DNA of 64,000 nt from the sequence record MG655267.1. One strand, 5' to 3'. This document shows positions 27,526-37,504 of this stretch, piece by piece. Numbering within the stretch: the stretch's first letter is position 1; the number at the start of each line of letters is the position of its first letter. Both the position numbers and the translations under genes were made by a program. The notes beneath the pieces were generated by a model, which did no database searches, had not been told where the DNA came from, and was given only the letters and a program-made list of their open reading frames with translations.

Positions 27526-27618
27526 TTGGCGACATAATCTGCTGTTTATATGTTAACCGGCCTCCTGGTTATTCCGGGAGGCTTTTATAGCAGCATTCAT
27601 TTTTTATCGAGGTTGGGT

Positions 27619-27969
27619 ATGGTTGGTATTGGCTTATCTATCTGCTTTCGTTTACGTGCAGAAGAAGTCGACCCTTTCTTGGTGGGGGTGTGTAATTACG
27701 ATGTCCTGATCACCGAGGAGCGGGTGCCCAGTTTATTGAAAGAGCTGGAGGGGATGTTTAAGCGGGTGATGTATCGTTACGATCATCAGTGTGATTTCAA
27801 ACTGGAAGGTAACCTGCTGGAGATCGTGTTGCCATTTCACCCTAACCCGTTTGAAGGAAAGCTTGCACCGGCAATCACCGTACGCATCCCTAAAGATGTG
27901 AACTATGCGGTGAACGGCTGTATGAAAGAAACCCATGAAGTGTTGTATCCGCTGACCAAAGCAGCTTAA
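27619..27969 (+). CDS. Hypothetical protein
   Basis: GAGGT SD, ATG at 27619; terminator hairpin upstream. Confidence 0.65.
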   Translation: MVGIGLSICFRLRAEEVDPFLVGVCNYDVLITEERVPSLLKELEGMFKRVMYRYDHQCDFKLEGNLLEIVLPFHPNPFEGKLAPAITVRIPKDVNYAVNGCMKETHEVLYPLTKAA

Positions 27970-27980
27970 AGAATTTATAA

Positions 27981-28000
27981 ACCTACATTACTCTCGTGAT
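27981..28000 (+). promoter_or_regulatory. Putative early promoter
   Basis: ACCTACATTAC-TCTC-GTGAT. Confidence 0.7.
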
Positions 28001-28028
28001 GTAAGATAATTAACTAAGTGGGTGCATT

Positions 28029-28646
28029 ATGGCCTGGAATGGGTATGTCCTGGAATTCTTGGGCAATGACCTCGGGAAGTATTACCTGGGAATCAGTAAC
28101 ATCGATGCTAAGCAGCAAGATGAGTTGATGCTTGCAGCATTGCGTGCCGGTGGTCCTGCGCTACCAGTAGAGATCCAAACAGCCTATAAACAGATGGCTG
28201 AGAAAGAAGTCTTGCTGTTTACTCATGTTCCGTTTAATGCGGAGTATGCGGTTGTGGAAGCCTGGCAGAATGATCACATTCATGCACAGTCTCTGAAAGC
28301 ACGTCGGTTTCGATTCCCGAGTCATCGACGAGAGACACTGTTCCAATGTATCAATGCCGAACAGATTGTCAGTAAGATAAAGCAATTGCGCAGTCGAGTG
28401 ACCGTGCAAGCCGGTATCCGCTTTGATGGCTTTTATCATCCACAGCTGATGATGACTGACCAACAATGGGCGCAGGAGCTGGAGATGCTCAATCAACTGC
28501 AATCGCTTTATTATTATCTGGGCGATTTCATTGAGTTCTTTGATGAAGAGTTCAAGGAGTTCAAAGGCACCGAAAGTGTCAAGGCGTTACCGTACCGCAA
28601 TCCGTATTTCATCAACTTAGGATTGCAGTTAAGTCAGATGTGTTAA
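28029..28646 (+). CDS. Hypothetical protein
   Basis: 205-aa ORF. Confidence 0.75.
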   Translation: MAWNGYVLEFLGNDLGKYYLGISNIDAKQQDELMLAALRAGGPALPVEIQTAYKQMAEKEVLLFTHVPFNAEYAVVEAWQNDHIHAQSLKARRFRFPSHRRETLFQCINAEQIVSKIKQLRSRVTVQAGIRFDGFYHPQLMMTDQQWAQELEMLNQLQSLYYYLGDFIEFFDEEFKEFKGTESVKALPYRNPYFINLGLQLSQMC

Positions 28647-28698
28647 CCCTCCTACCTTGGCCTATCATGGCCGCTTACTAAAGCAAAGAGAGATTACC

Positions 28699-29328
28699 AT
28701 GAATATCATCAACACCGTATGTGAACTGACCAACATCTCCATCGCCATCAGCATCACCCATGATGAGGAGACGAACTCCACCCTGGTGGCATTGGATATC
28801 AACAATGTCCCGTTCTTCAGCTACCAGTGGGGTCAGGTAACCAAAGGTCAGCGTAAAGTCCAGCTGGGTGCTACAAGCCACGGGCTGAGTGCGTTGTATC
28901 TGCACCTACATCACAATGTCATCGACAGCCGTAACACCGACATTGCCCAGTGCTATCTCACCAACCGGGATGAGATCTTAGCCGTCGTGCGAGACCTGGG
29001 TGTGATCTTCAATGGCACTGAGTGGATTGAGAAACTCGATATCTCGCATTACCGTCTGGCAATCGAAGAGCAGTTCCCAGGAGAAACCAAAGCAGTGATG
29101 GTGCTGACCAGCAAGGGTGATGAACACCGCGCGGCGTACACTTTCACTGCTAACAATTTAGGTGACCTTATGGGGACAGGGATCAAGCGGGGTGAGACGG
29201 TGGTGTTAAGCGGACATAACAGTCGGTTTGTTCACGACTACGCATCCACTGTAGTGCCGCCTCAGATCAGCGACGTCATCAGCAGTCATGCCGATACATT
29301 GAAAGCCCGTTTTCCGGCGTTAGTTTAA
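28699..29328 (+). CDS. Hypothetical protein
   Basis: GAGAG SD, ATG at 28699. Confidence 0.7.
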   Translation: MNIINTVCELTNISIAISITHDEETNSTLVALDINNVPFFSYQWGQVTKGQRKVQLGATSHGLSALYLHLHHNVIDSRNTDIAQCYLTNRDEILAVVRDLGVIFNGTEWIEKLDISHYRLAIEEQFPGETKAVMVLTSKGDEHRAAYTFTANNLGDLMGTGIKRGETVVLSGHNSRFVHDYASTVVPPQISDVISSHADTLKARFPALV

Positions 29329-29361
29329 TCTCCCCTTTTCCTTCTATTTAGAGAAACCGTT

Positions 29362-30975
29362 ATGCACATTCAAGATATGACCTTCCGCATTCACACAACT
29401 ATAAGTTCACGTGACGATCTGGATAACGTTGTTCGCCTGCTCAATCAAAATGATGAGGTGATTATTGAACACGCACTTCATGACACCATGCTGCCTGTCG
29501 TTTATCAAAATGATAAACTGGCTGCTGCGTATTTGGCGGTGGTTTACATGTACACCCGTGACATGCCAGAAGGACAAGGTGCGGCAAGCTATGACTTCCA
29601 TCGTACGGCCGGCATTATCCTGGATCAGTTTGTAGAAGACAGTAACCTGGGTGAATTCGAAGCAGATGACTGGGGTCAGGTTGAAGTGATGGTACCCAAC
29701 CTACCAGAAGGGGTGCGGGCCTTTGTGCATACCACCGATGGGTCTGATGTGAACATCCGTATCTATCGCCAAGACCGCGGTCTGGTGAATGAGCGTCTGT
29801 TTACCTACAGCGATGAAGAGACGGTTCCTTCTATTGAAGAGATGCTTGCGCAGTGGGATGCTGATGTCGCTCCTACCGCCGATCCGGTACAGGAAAACGC
29901 AGCCAGCATCTCGTTTGGCGACGTCTCCTTTATTTACACCCTGGACATGAGCAAGGAAGGGCGCGAGCAACGTAAAGCTATCATGCAGGTGGTAATTGGT
30001 GATCGCCTGGTGGCACAGCAGAAAGTCCATGAGAACACCCAACCGCTCATGTATTACATGATGGAAGTGTTCAACATGTTGGCGCTGCGCATGACCGTGG
30101 GTCCGGTAGAAGGCATTAATGCTCAAGACCGGGTAACCTTACTGACGGCTATCAGCGGGTTTGTGGGTGGGCATTTAGCGATGCCAGATCAGGTGCAAAT
30201 CGCAGAAGGCATGCAGTACATGCACGAAGGTGCGATCAGTGATGAGGTAACCTACATGGTTTCACATCAGCTGATTGCGGACAACCATCTGCGGGCGACC
30301 TACCAGTTCAATACCGTGGTCGATGAAACGATGCGTCGTTCAATCACCATGTGTGATGAAGTGAGCTACCTGGAAAACCCGATGAACCCACAGGCATTCT
30401 TCAATACGTATCAGGCAGACCTCAGCCGTGAGCTGAAACTGTCTCGGGTGTTTGACATCGCAATGATTGCGGCCATCGATCGGGGTCAGGGTCTCGGTAA
30501 AGATAACGAACTGCTGTACCGTATCAAAGAAGACATGAAGTACTTCAAAGAGATGACACTGCATTCGCCGGTGATCATGGGACGGAAAACGTATGAGTCG
30601 TTACCGAACCCGTTGGTAGATCGCCTGAACATCGTTATCACTACTGCTCCGACCAACACCTATACCACCCGCTCAGGTGTGGTGTTCGTCAACAGCAAAG
30701 AAGAAGCCCTGCTGCACGCGAAGGGTTATCTGGCTGAACACGGTGGTGACAAGATCTGGATCATCGGGGGTGCGAGTATCTATGCTGCATTCCTGCCAGA
30801 TGCCAAAGAGATCCACCTGACCACCATCGGCACTGAACGTGAAGATGCCGATACATTCTTCCCGGAAGTTGATCTGCGTCAGTTTAACGCTGCACGTCAG
30901 TTTGAGGAAGACCAGGTGTTTGAGCGTGAAGGTGAAACCTTTGGCTACAACCGCGTCATCCTGACCCGTAAGTAA
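29362..30975 (+). CDS. folA: Dihydrofolate reductase fused behind a ~360-aa unknown N-terminal region
   Basis: C-terminal domain from ~30451: MIAAID..GLG..N.L...IKEDMKYFK, VIMGRKTYESL, LVDRLNIVIT, IWIIGGASIY, DADTFFP. Confidence 0.9.
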   Translation: MHIQDMTFRIHTTISSRDDLDNVVRLLNQNDEVIIEHALHDTMLPVVYQNDKLAAAYLAVVYMYTRDMPEGQGAASYDFHRTAGIILDQFVEDSNLGEFEADDWGQVEVMVPNLPEGVRAFVHTTDGSDVNIRIYRQDRGLVNERLFTYSDEETVPSIEEMLAQWDADVAPTADPVQENAASISFGDVSFIYTLDMSKEGREQRKAIMQVVIGDRLVAQQKVHENTQPLMYYMMEVFNMLALRMTVGPVEGINAQDRVTLLTAISGFVGGHLAMPDQVQIAEGMQYMHEGAISDEVTYMVSHQLIADNHLRATYQFNTVVDETMRRSITMCDEVSYLENPMNPQAFFNTYQADLSRELKLSRVFDIAMIAAIDRGQGLGKDNELLYRIKEDMKYFKEMTLHSPVIMGRKTYESLPNPLVDRLNIVITTAPTNTYTTRSGVVFVNSKEEALLHAKGYLAEHGGDKIWIIGGASIYAAFLPDAKEIHLTTIGTEREDADTFFPEVDLRQFNAARQFEEDQVFEREGETFGYNRVILTRK

Positions 30976-31029
30976 TTTAACCCCTGGGGAGGCAACTCCC
31001 CATTCTTGTCTATAAAGGAAACATTCCCC

Positions 31030-31662
31030 ATGGCGATTGAAAAAGCAGCAGTACCGGCAAACGTAGTTGAGATCACTGGCAAGACCCTGGAGCAAGCCCG
31101 CGGTGATATCCCGAACGCTATCATGTTACTGGACAGCAATACGGTCGATGTGCGCTACACTCCGGCATTCAATAAACTGCCTGCTGATCTGCAACATGTC
31201 ATCCTGGTTGCACAGACCAGTAACCCAGTGATCTCATTAGAGCGCCCACTGGATGCGACCGGAAAGGTTGATGCGACCAACCCGAACATGGTGATTGCCG
31301 CGGCAGTCCAGCAAGATGGTCAGCCACTAGGGATCTATCATCCAGCCTTGATGGGTCGTCTGCGTCAAATTCCAAATGGTTATCTGCTTTATACCCACTA
31401 TCACACTAACAGCAATGCAGACTTCTCTTATCCGGCGTTTGAGAAAGCCTTGGCGGAATATTGCATGCTGGCGTTTGCGTTAGGTACGAAAGAGCAACCG
31501 GTGGTAATCAACATGCCCGGTCTGCAATGTGCCAATAGCTTCGTCTGGGAAGAGGTCAACGGTGAACGTGTCCCAACACTGAGCCCGCGTCATCTTGAAC
31601 GTGTGAAAGAAGTGATTGCTAACACCATGTTCGCCGGGTCAACGGTTTATCTGGTGCTGTGA
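31030..31662 (+). CDS. Hypothetical protein, possible degenerate macrodomain
   Basis: C-terminal FSYPAFEKAL...INMPGLQC....WEEV....V..VI pattern resembles macrodomain ends. Confidence 0.45.
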   Translation: MAIEKAAVPANVVEITGKTLEQARGDIPNAIMLLDSNTVDVRYTPAFNKLPADLQHVILVAQTSNPVISLERPLDATGKVDATNPNMVIAAAVQQDGQPLGIYHPALMGRLRQIPNGYLLYTHYHTNSNADFSYPAFEKALAEYCMLAFALGTKEQPVVINMPGLQCANSFVWEEVNGERVPTLSPRHLERVKEVIANTMFAGSTVYLVL

Positions 31663-31853
31663 TGAAAGCGTGTCCGCTCTGTGCTTCATCGGCTAAGACC
31701 TACAAATACGCGTTAGTGTTCTGGGGTGTGCGTTGTACCAGCTGTATGCTGTTCCTCAAAGATATGAACACCTCTGAGGCAGCGGCTATTCGTCAGTGGG
31801 ATACACGCATTACCCCCGAAGAGAAAGCAGCAAAGAAACGCAAGAAAGCTTAA
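31659..31853 (+). CDS. Lar-like (restriction alleviation) zinc-finger protein
   Basis: KACPLC...VRCTSC...EAAAIRQWDTR. Confidence 0.65.
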   Translation: MMKACPLCASSAKTYKYALVFWGVRCTSCMLFLKDMNTSEAAAIRQWDTRITPEEKAAKKRKKA

Positions 31854-31874
31854 CCCCTGGATAAAGGAGTCGTC

Positions 31875-32189
31875 GTGCTGAAAAGAACAGTACTGAGTTT
31901 GGTCACCTGCTTTATGCTATCGGGCTGCGGAATGGCAGAATCCGAAGATGTACCGGTCAAATCGGTTGAGGGTGTTGTGATCAGCGATGAGGTCTGTCAA
32001 GTCGGTCAAAAGTGTGAGGCAGTGATTGCCCGCGATCAAACCGCCTGGACATACCAGATTGCAGAAGGGCCTTTTAAGAAAGGCACGGTGCTTTATAAAG
32101 CGTGTGCATATCACCGTACACACGAGCGCTGCAGTTCGGTCTGGTCACCCACTCCTGATCGGTTTATTCCGCCGGAGTCAAAGAACTAA
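31875..32189 (+). CDS. Lipoprotein, hypothetical
   Basis: Signal peptide with LSGC lipobox. Confidence 0.7.
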   Translation: MLKRTVLSLVTCFMLSGCGMAESEDVPVKSVEGVVISDEVCQVGQKCEAVIARDQTAWTYQIAEGPFKKGTVLYKACAYHRTHERCSSVWSPTPDRFIPPESKN

Positions 32190-32249
32190 GTTGTAACCAC
32201 GGCGTGTCATGCGCCGTTTTAATTTAACCCTGCTGTAAGGTAATTCACC

Positions 32250-33338
32250 ATGAAAGACTCAGAACACCAAGATACTACAATTGATAATGTCTCTCCGTAT
32301 GCGGGGGAACTGGCGGACCTGATTGAAGAGTTTGTGGCAGACCGATTTACCTTAATGGATGATGCGGTTCTTGAATCCCTTTATGCCGACTTACCCGATG
32401 TCACCTATTTGAAAGGTGTGGTGAAAGGCTTACGTCGAAACCTGATGCGACAGGCAGCGTCGATCAATGTCGAAGACGCATACCCGAAAGTTATAATGTT
32501 TAAAGAACAACCGCTAACTGCGGAGAATGTCAGAGAGATTATCCAGACTGATTGTCCGGACATGCCGGCGGATGAAGTTACACAAACCGTAACAGAGATC
32601 ATCACAGCAACTGATGAAGACGAAGACGACGATAACAGCGAAGCGCTGCGTCTACGGGAAAGCAACAAACCGGAACATATCCCAAGCCTTGATGAACTGA
32701 TGCAAGCGGATGGGAAAGGTTGGGGTTCAGTGAGTGCGGTGACCACACCCCCACCAGTCATTGAACCTGCTCGTCCTGCAAGGCCCTCGCGTGCTGAACG
32801 TTTTGGTACCTCAAACGTTGAGTTAGCTGAATTACTGAGTCAGGCCAAGCCAGGTAGCGTGTTCTCTGTTGACACCATTAAATCTGCAAAAGATAAAAGC
32901 CTGGTGTTGGTGAAATCCCCCGAGACAAAACACTTTGAACCTCTGCGTTTGTTAGAACGTTCTGATCCGCAATATTACCAATACATGTGGCCAGCTTTAT
33001 TCGAAGCCCTGGAAGCGGTGTTGAATGACACAAGCTTAACGGTGAATCGGATGCGTCGTCTGGATGAAGAGATGCTTGCGCGCTTTGGTGATACCTTAGC
33101 TGCCGCGGTCACGACTATCCTGAGTATTGGTAATCACGATCTGTTGATTAAAGAGAACGTCAACTATTTCATGCAGCAGTGTAATGACCGTGGACTGGAT
33201 ATCAAACTCTATATGGGTGCTAAGGTTTATAAGCAAGGTCGCTGGACTAACACTTGGATCGACGCAGCATTACAAACCCCTAAAGGCAAGTTTATCTTTG
33301 GTACCCCGGAGGTGGATGTGGTATGGCAAGCGAAATGA
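32250..33338 (+). CDS. Hypothetical acidic protein
   Basis: 362-aa ORF. Confidence 0.8.
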   Translation: MKDSEHQDTTIDNVSPYAGELADLIEEFVADRFTLMDDAVLESLYADLPDVTYLKGVVKGLRRNLMRQAASINVEDAYPKVIMFKEQPLTAENVREIIQTDCPDMPADEVTQTVTEIITATDEDEDDDNSEALRLRESNKPEHIPSLDELMQADGKGWGSVSAVTTPPPVIEPARPARPSRAERFGTSNVELAELLSQAKPGSVFSVDTIKSAKDKSLVLVKSPETKHFEPLRLLERSDPQYYQYMWPALFEALEAVLNDTSLTVNRMRRLDEEMLARFGDTLAAAVTTILSIGNHDLLIKENVNYFMQQCNDRGLDIKLYMGAKVYKQGRWTNTWIDAALQTPKGKFIFGTPEVDVVWQAK

Positions 33339-33640
33339 TTGAATGGGAAAAGCTCTTTAACTCACTAAAGGCGATTGAACAAAGCGACCAGGTCTGTGAC
33401 TTACCGACGCGCAATCTGTCGGTTATGGTGGCACAGCGGCGCCTCAAGGCTGGATTGCAACGCGCAGTGAAACGGGTGGATGCGATCATGAGCGCACAGG
33501 TACAAACCGACGAAGCGTACGATGAACTGATGCATCGACTGCAAGTGCTGGCATTGCCTGTCACTGTGACGCGCTTTACCGGTGGGAAGTGGAATCATGG
33601 AGTGATCAGAACCAAGAAAGGTACGATCATGTATGGTTAG
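33323..33640 (+). CDS. Hypothetical protein
   Basis: GGAGGT SD; 105 aa. Confidence 0.7.
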   Translation: MASEMIEWEKLFNSLKAIEQSDQVCDLPTRNLSVMVAQRRLKAGLQRAVKRVDAIMSAQVQTDEAYDELMHRLQVLALPVTVTRFTGGKWNHGVIRTKKGTIMYG

Positions 33641-33953
33641 AAATAACGTTGTCTCTATTTATAAACCGACGTTTCGTAAACGTCTCGCTGTCGACCCGAT
33701 GGTAGTCATCACCGAGTTGCAGCATGTCTTTACAGTGATCGAACTGTGTAAAGCATCTAACAAATATGACCATCGTGTGTATGGTAAATTGCTGAAAGAT
33801 GAGGTACAATTAGTTCGTGACTGTGCAGCGGTGCTTGTACGACATGTGCAGACACCATCCATCGTGCAGATGTTGCAAACTGCAATTACCCACGAGAAGC
33901 CGGTTGAGTTGATTGCAGCCCGACACGGTGAGTTTTTACAATTGATAAATTAA
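33633..33953 (+). CDS. Hypothetical protein
   Basis: 106 aa; overlaps the previous stop. Confidence 0.65.
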   Translation: MVRNNVVSIYKPTFRKRLAVDPMVVITELQHVFTVIELCKASNKYDHRVYGKLLKDEVQLVRDCAAVLVRHVQTPSIVQMLQTAITHEKPVELIAARHGEFLQLIN

Positions 33954-33979
33954 CCCCTGAGTATAAGGAAAATAAAAAT

Positions 33980-34270
33980 ATGGCTAAGAAGATTACCGCA
34001 GCAGCTTTAGAGAAAGACATCTTTGATCACGAAGGCATCCGTGTCATCTTCCGTGTACCAACTGGTAAGCGCATTGCTGAACAGAAATACACTGAAGTCT
34101 TCACGAATCGTTCGCCAAAGAACTACACGTTAAAAACCTTACGCGAACGCATCGTCCGTGTGGTGGGTGAGAACATTGAATTCTCCATCATCACAGGCGG
34201 CGGTGAGATCGCAAACGGTAATTACAAGATCGGTAACTTACGCACCACCTACGAAGTAATCGAAGAGTAA
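33980..34270 (+). CDS. Hypothetical protein
   Basis: AAGGA SD; strong codon bias. Confidence 0.75.
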   Translation: MAKKITAAALEKDIFDHEGIRVIFRVPTGKRIAEQKYTEVFTNRSPKNYTLKTLRERIVRVVGENIEFSIITGGGEIANGNYKIGNLRTTYEVIEE

Positions 34271-34275
34271 TAGAC

Positions 34276-34316
34276 GGCATAAGAGGAGGAGCAAACGCTC
34301 CTCCTCTGTTTATGCT
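34276..34316. terminator. Bidirectional terminator flanked by GGCATAA / TTATGCT
   Basis: 11-bp stem AGAGGAGGAGC/GCTCCTCCTCT between convergent genes. Confidence 0.8.
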
Positions 34317-34326
34317 GCTTTTTTTT

Positions 34327-35166
34327 TTATCCCGCGACTACAGTCTGGTCGGCAGTTAATGCAGAAGGGAAGCTTCGACCTTTACCCCAGATGATACGAA
34401 TCCCGCCTGTACCTGGTGTGTAACCAGAACCCATCCCGGCGCCACCCCCGTATCGTCCACCGGTACCACCATTTGCGTTTGTACCGGCAGACCCGGCCTT
34501 ACCAAACTGTGTAATTGTACCGCCTGCTCCGGACGTGCTACCGATTGAGATATCCCCACTGGCACCTTCGCCGTAGAGACCAACACCCCCACCGCCAGCG
34601 CCATAACGGTTACCGTTGTAAGACCAACCAGCACCACCGCCACCGCCACCTCCTTTACCGGCCTGACCGTCCACTGTAGGGCAACCACCCATTCCGCCAT
34701 CACCGGAGTAGCCACCTGCGCCACCGCCACCGTTATTGGTGCCGGCAGTCTGCCCACCCAACCCACCGTTTCCACCACCGAGAAGAGGTAGACTAATGGG
34801 AGTGCTGGTGCTGGTCGAATCACCACCTCTGGCTAACAACAAGACCGTATTACCCCTTAGCAGTTTACTGTCGTTGCCGGTCATGTCACCAACGATCAGG
34901 GTCAGAACTTCACCCGGAGTCACTTTCAAACGGTTCACATAACGTAGATCACCACCACGCGCACCGATATGAGGCGTACCAGTAAGTCCTTTGCCACCCG
35001 AGCCAACCGCCACAGCACAGATATCAAACACACCGGCAGGTACCGTCCAAGAGGTGGTCCCGCTGGTTGCAAATATCTGCTGACCTACCGCAGTGGTGTC
35101 ACTATCCGGTAACGGACCTCCCCCGGATACTGGTCGGTAACTTGAGTTCAGTAACAGTTCAAACAC
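34327..35166 (-). CDS. Glycine-rich tail fibre/adhesin-like virion protein (paralogue)
   Basis: MFELLL start; WTVPAGV..I.AVAVG.GG, GGDLRY, poly-Gly, GGIRIIWG. Confidence 0.72.
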   Translation of the reverse strand: MFELLLNSSYRPVSGGGPLPDSDTTAVGQQIFATSGTTSWTVPAGVFDICAVAVGSGGKGLTGTPHIGARGGDLRYVNRLKVTPGEVLTLIVGDMTGNDSKLLRGNTVLLLARGGDSTSTSTPISLPLLGGGNGGLGGQTAGTNNGGGGAGGYSGDGGMGGCPTVDGQAGKGGGGGGGAGWSYNGNRYGAGGGGVGLYGEGASGDISIGSTSGAGGTITQFGKAGSAGTNANGGTGGRYGGGAGMGSGYTPGTGGIRIIWGKGRSFPSALTADQTVVAG

Positions 35167-35175
35167 GGTAACTCC

Positions 35176-37299
35176 TTACCAGCTAAATGCTTTATTGGCA
35201 CGTGGCATAGTCACTTCCATTGGGATATCTTCCGTGACGAGCTCTTGGCTTTCCAGATCGTCTAACCACGCTTCCATTCCCGCTGAGAGGAACTGGTGCT
35301 CGTGTGCACTTTCTTCAAACGATTCCAGCCCTACTGCTTCAGCGATCTCTTCAACTTCAACGTTCGAACCATAACGGTCCAAGCCCATCAGTGCATCGAC
35401 CTGAGACTTCGACCAGGCCATGATGTCTTCTGAGCGAGTTGAGATGTTCGGCATGGCACCGGTATCCAATACGAAGTTAAAGATGTACACTTCGTCTTCC
35501 TGACCAATACGGTGCATACGTGAAACAGCCTGCTCGTAGTGGTGGAAGCGGAAAGGTTTATTCAGCATCAACCCACAGTTCGCTTCAGTCAGGGGTACGG
35601 CTTCTGCCAGTGAGCGGAAGGTGGCGATCCCGGGGTTAACGTCTTCAGAAGCACGGAACGACTTCACCATCTCGACCAGGTCTTTGTTGGTATCGCCGTA
35701 AACCACGACGGGCTTATACCCCAGGCCCCGACAGATCAACGCCATGGTTTCCAACGCGGGCACAAAGTCAGTGAAGATCAGGGTCTTCTTCTTGGCGTTG
35801 TCAATGTAGGTACCGAACGGAATCGCCTCAGCAAGCTCTACGTGACACATGGTGCGTTCTTTACCCAACACCCTACCCAGACACTCCCCTTTGATCTTCA
35901 AATCCACATACTTGATTACAGAGCGGGCATCTTTGAACGGCTTACGCATGTGGTCCGGGATCACCGGGATGATACGCTTGAGTTCGTACTCGTTACAATA
36001 CTGACTCATGTAGGCCATCGAGTAGGGATCAAACCCCTGGGTGACAAACGTGTTCACATATTGGTTGTAGAGTTTGAAGTCCTCTTTCTCTTTGGGGGAG
36101 TGCAAGGTCTTCTCATACCACCCCAGTGCATCGTCGTAGATTTTCTGGTAGGCCGGCTTGTTGTCGGTGTAGAATTTAAACCGCTCTTGAATGAATGCCA
36201 TCATGATCCGTTGGATGTTATCCAGGGTGTAATGCGCGCCATTCTTGATCTTGATCTTCACCGTCATCTCGATCGGCTTGGTGGTCATGAACTTCGACTT
36301 CGGTACTGAGAAGCTCACAATCCCCAATCGGTTCGCCAGGATGTCGTTGGCTTTGGTGGCGGTTTTGCCCCAGATCTTACGCATCGCTAATTCAACATCA
36401 TTAGTGAAACCGGGGATCAGGGTACGGAACAACGGTACAGCTTCAGTACCCATTGCGGTCAGCGCAGTACCGGAAGCCCAGACGATATCCTGCGACCCTG
36501 AGACCTGGCAGAGTTCCACAAACAGGTTGGTGCGAATCGACTCTTTGGTTTTCTGGTTTAAGTTGTGCGACTCATCGAGGATAATTCCGACGTTAGGTAG
36601 ACGCAGCTCTTTCACCATCTTCACCACTTCATCCAATCGCTCGTAGTGCGCAACGATCCATTTGGTGCCTTTACGGTATGGCTGGTCATACTCCGCAACC
36701 CAGACCGACTCCTCTGTCGTAAGTTCTGTGGTGATCGTGCGCTCCCAAACATCGCGTGTGGCTTTCTTGGGGGCAATGACAATCACGTAATCTTTCTTAC
36801 GACAGAGCATGGTCATGATACTGCAGAGCGTCTTACCGGCACCGGGGGCGGCAGAGAGTAAAGCACCGCGCAGGCCGTAGCGTGGGATCACGGTGTTGTA
36901 GTAGTTCAGCCAGTTGCGTTGTTCAGGTAGTGGGGTCTTTTTAACATATTTCAACTGGTTCAGGTCGATGATATCTTCATACTGCTCCTCGAGGTTGCGC
37001 ATCCAGGTGTTCTTGCGCAGCAGCTCCAGGATCTTACCCAGACCGCGGCGATCTGACCAGGTCTTATCGTGCTCGTAGAGTTGCTTTAAGATGTACTCGA
37101 CTTCGATGGCAAAGAAACTGTTAAAGCTGATCTTGTTCTGGGTTACCTCTCGAAAGAGATAGCCGGCAATTTTACTGGTCTTCCAGACCTTGAGGATGTC
37201 GCGTGTTGCCAGTGGGGCATTAAAGCCAGTGATGGTGATGATATCGTTTTTCTCTTCGACGTTAATGAACCCTAACGCCCGACGCAGGTAGTCAAACAT
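35176..37299 (-). CDS. SF2 (SNF2/DEAD-like) helicase, phiKZ-type
   Basis: APGAGKT, IILDESH, SGT, EQAVSRMHRIGQ motifs. Confidence 0.88.
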   Translation of the reverse strand: MFDYLRRALGFINVEEKNDIITITGFNAPLATRDILKVWKTSKIAGYLFREVTQNKISFNSFFAIEVEYILKQLYEHDKTWSDRRGLGKILELLRKNTWMRNLEEQYEDIIDLNQLKYVKKTPLPEQRNWLNYYNTVIPRYGLRGALLSAAPGAGKTLCSIMTMLCRKKDYVIVIAPKKATRDVWERTITTELTTEESVWVAEYDQPYRKGTKWIVAHYERLDEVVKMVKELRLPNVGIILDESHNLNQKTKESIRTNLFVELCQVSGSQDIVWASGTALTAMGTEAVPLFRTLIPGFTNDVELAMRKIWGKTATKANDILANRLGIVSFSVPKSKFMTTKPIEMTVKIKIKNGAHYTLDNIQRIMMAFIQERFKFYTDNKPAYQKIYDDALGWYEKTLHSPKEKEDFKLYNQYVNTFVTQGFDPYSMAYMSQYCNEYELKRIIPVIPDHMRKPFKDARSVIKYVDLKIKGECLGRVLGKERTMCHVELAEAIPFGTYIDNAKKKTLIFTDFVPALETMALICRGLGYKPVVVYGDTNKDLVEMVKSFRASEDVNPGIATFRSLAEAVPLTEANCGLMLNKPFRFHHYEQAVSRMHRIGQEDEVYIFNFVLDTGAMPNISTRSEDIMAWSKSQVDALMGLDRYGSNVEVEEIAEAVGLESFEESAHEHQFLSAGMEAWLDDLESQELVTEDIPMEVTMPRANKAFSW

Positions 37300-37377
37300 A
37301 AATGCCCCTTAGGAAAGTTAAATCATACTAATGTGATCTATAAAATAACGTGCGATATAGAATCTATATTTTTACAT

Positions 37378-37397
37378 ACCTACATTACGGTAGTGAT
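37378..37397 (+). promoter_or_regulatory. Putative early promoter
   Basis: ACCTACATTAC-GGTA-GTGAT. Confidence 0.7.
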
Positions 37398-37504
37398 ATG
37401 TTGTACAACATAAAACATATTAGTTGGGTATACTAAAGTTTTATTAGATCCACTACACTTTCGAATAGTGTTTTAGTATACAACCAACAACTTGGAGGTC
37501 CACT

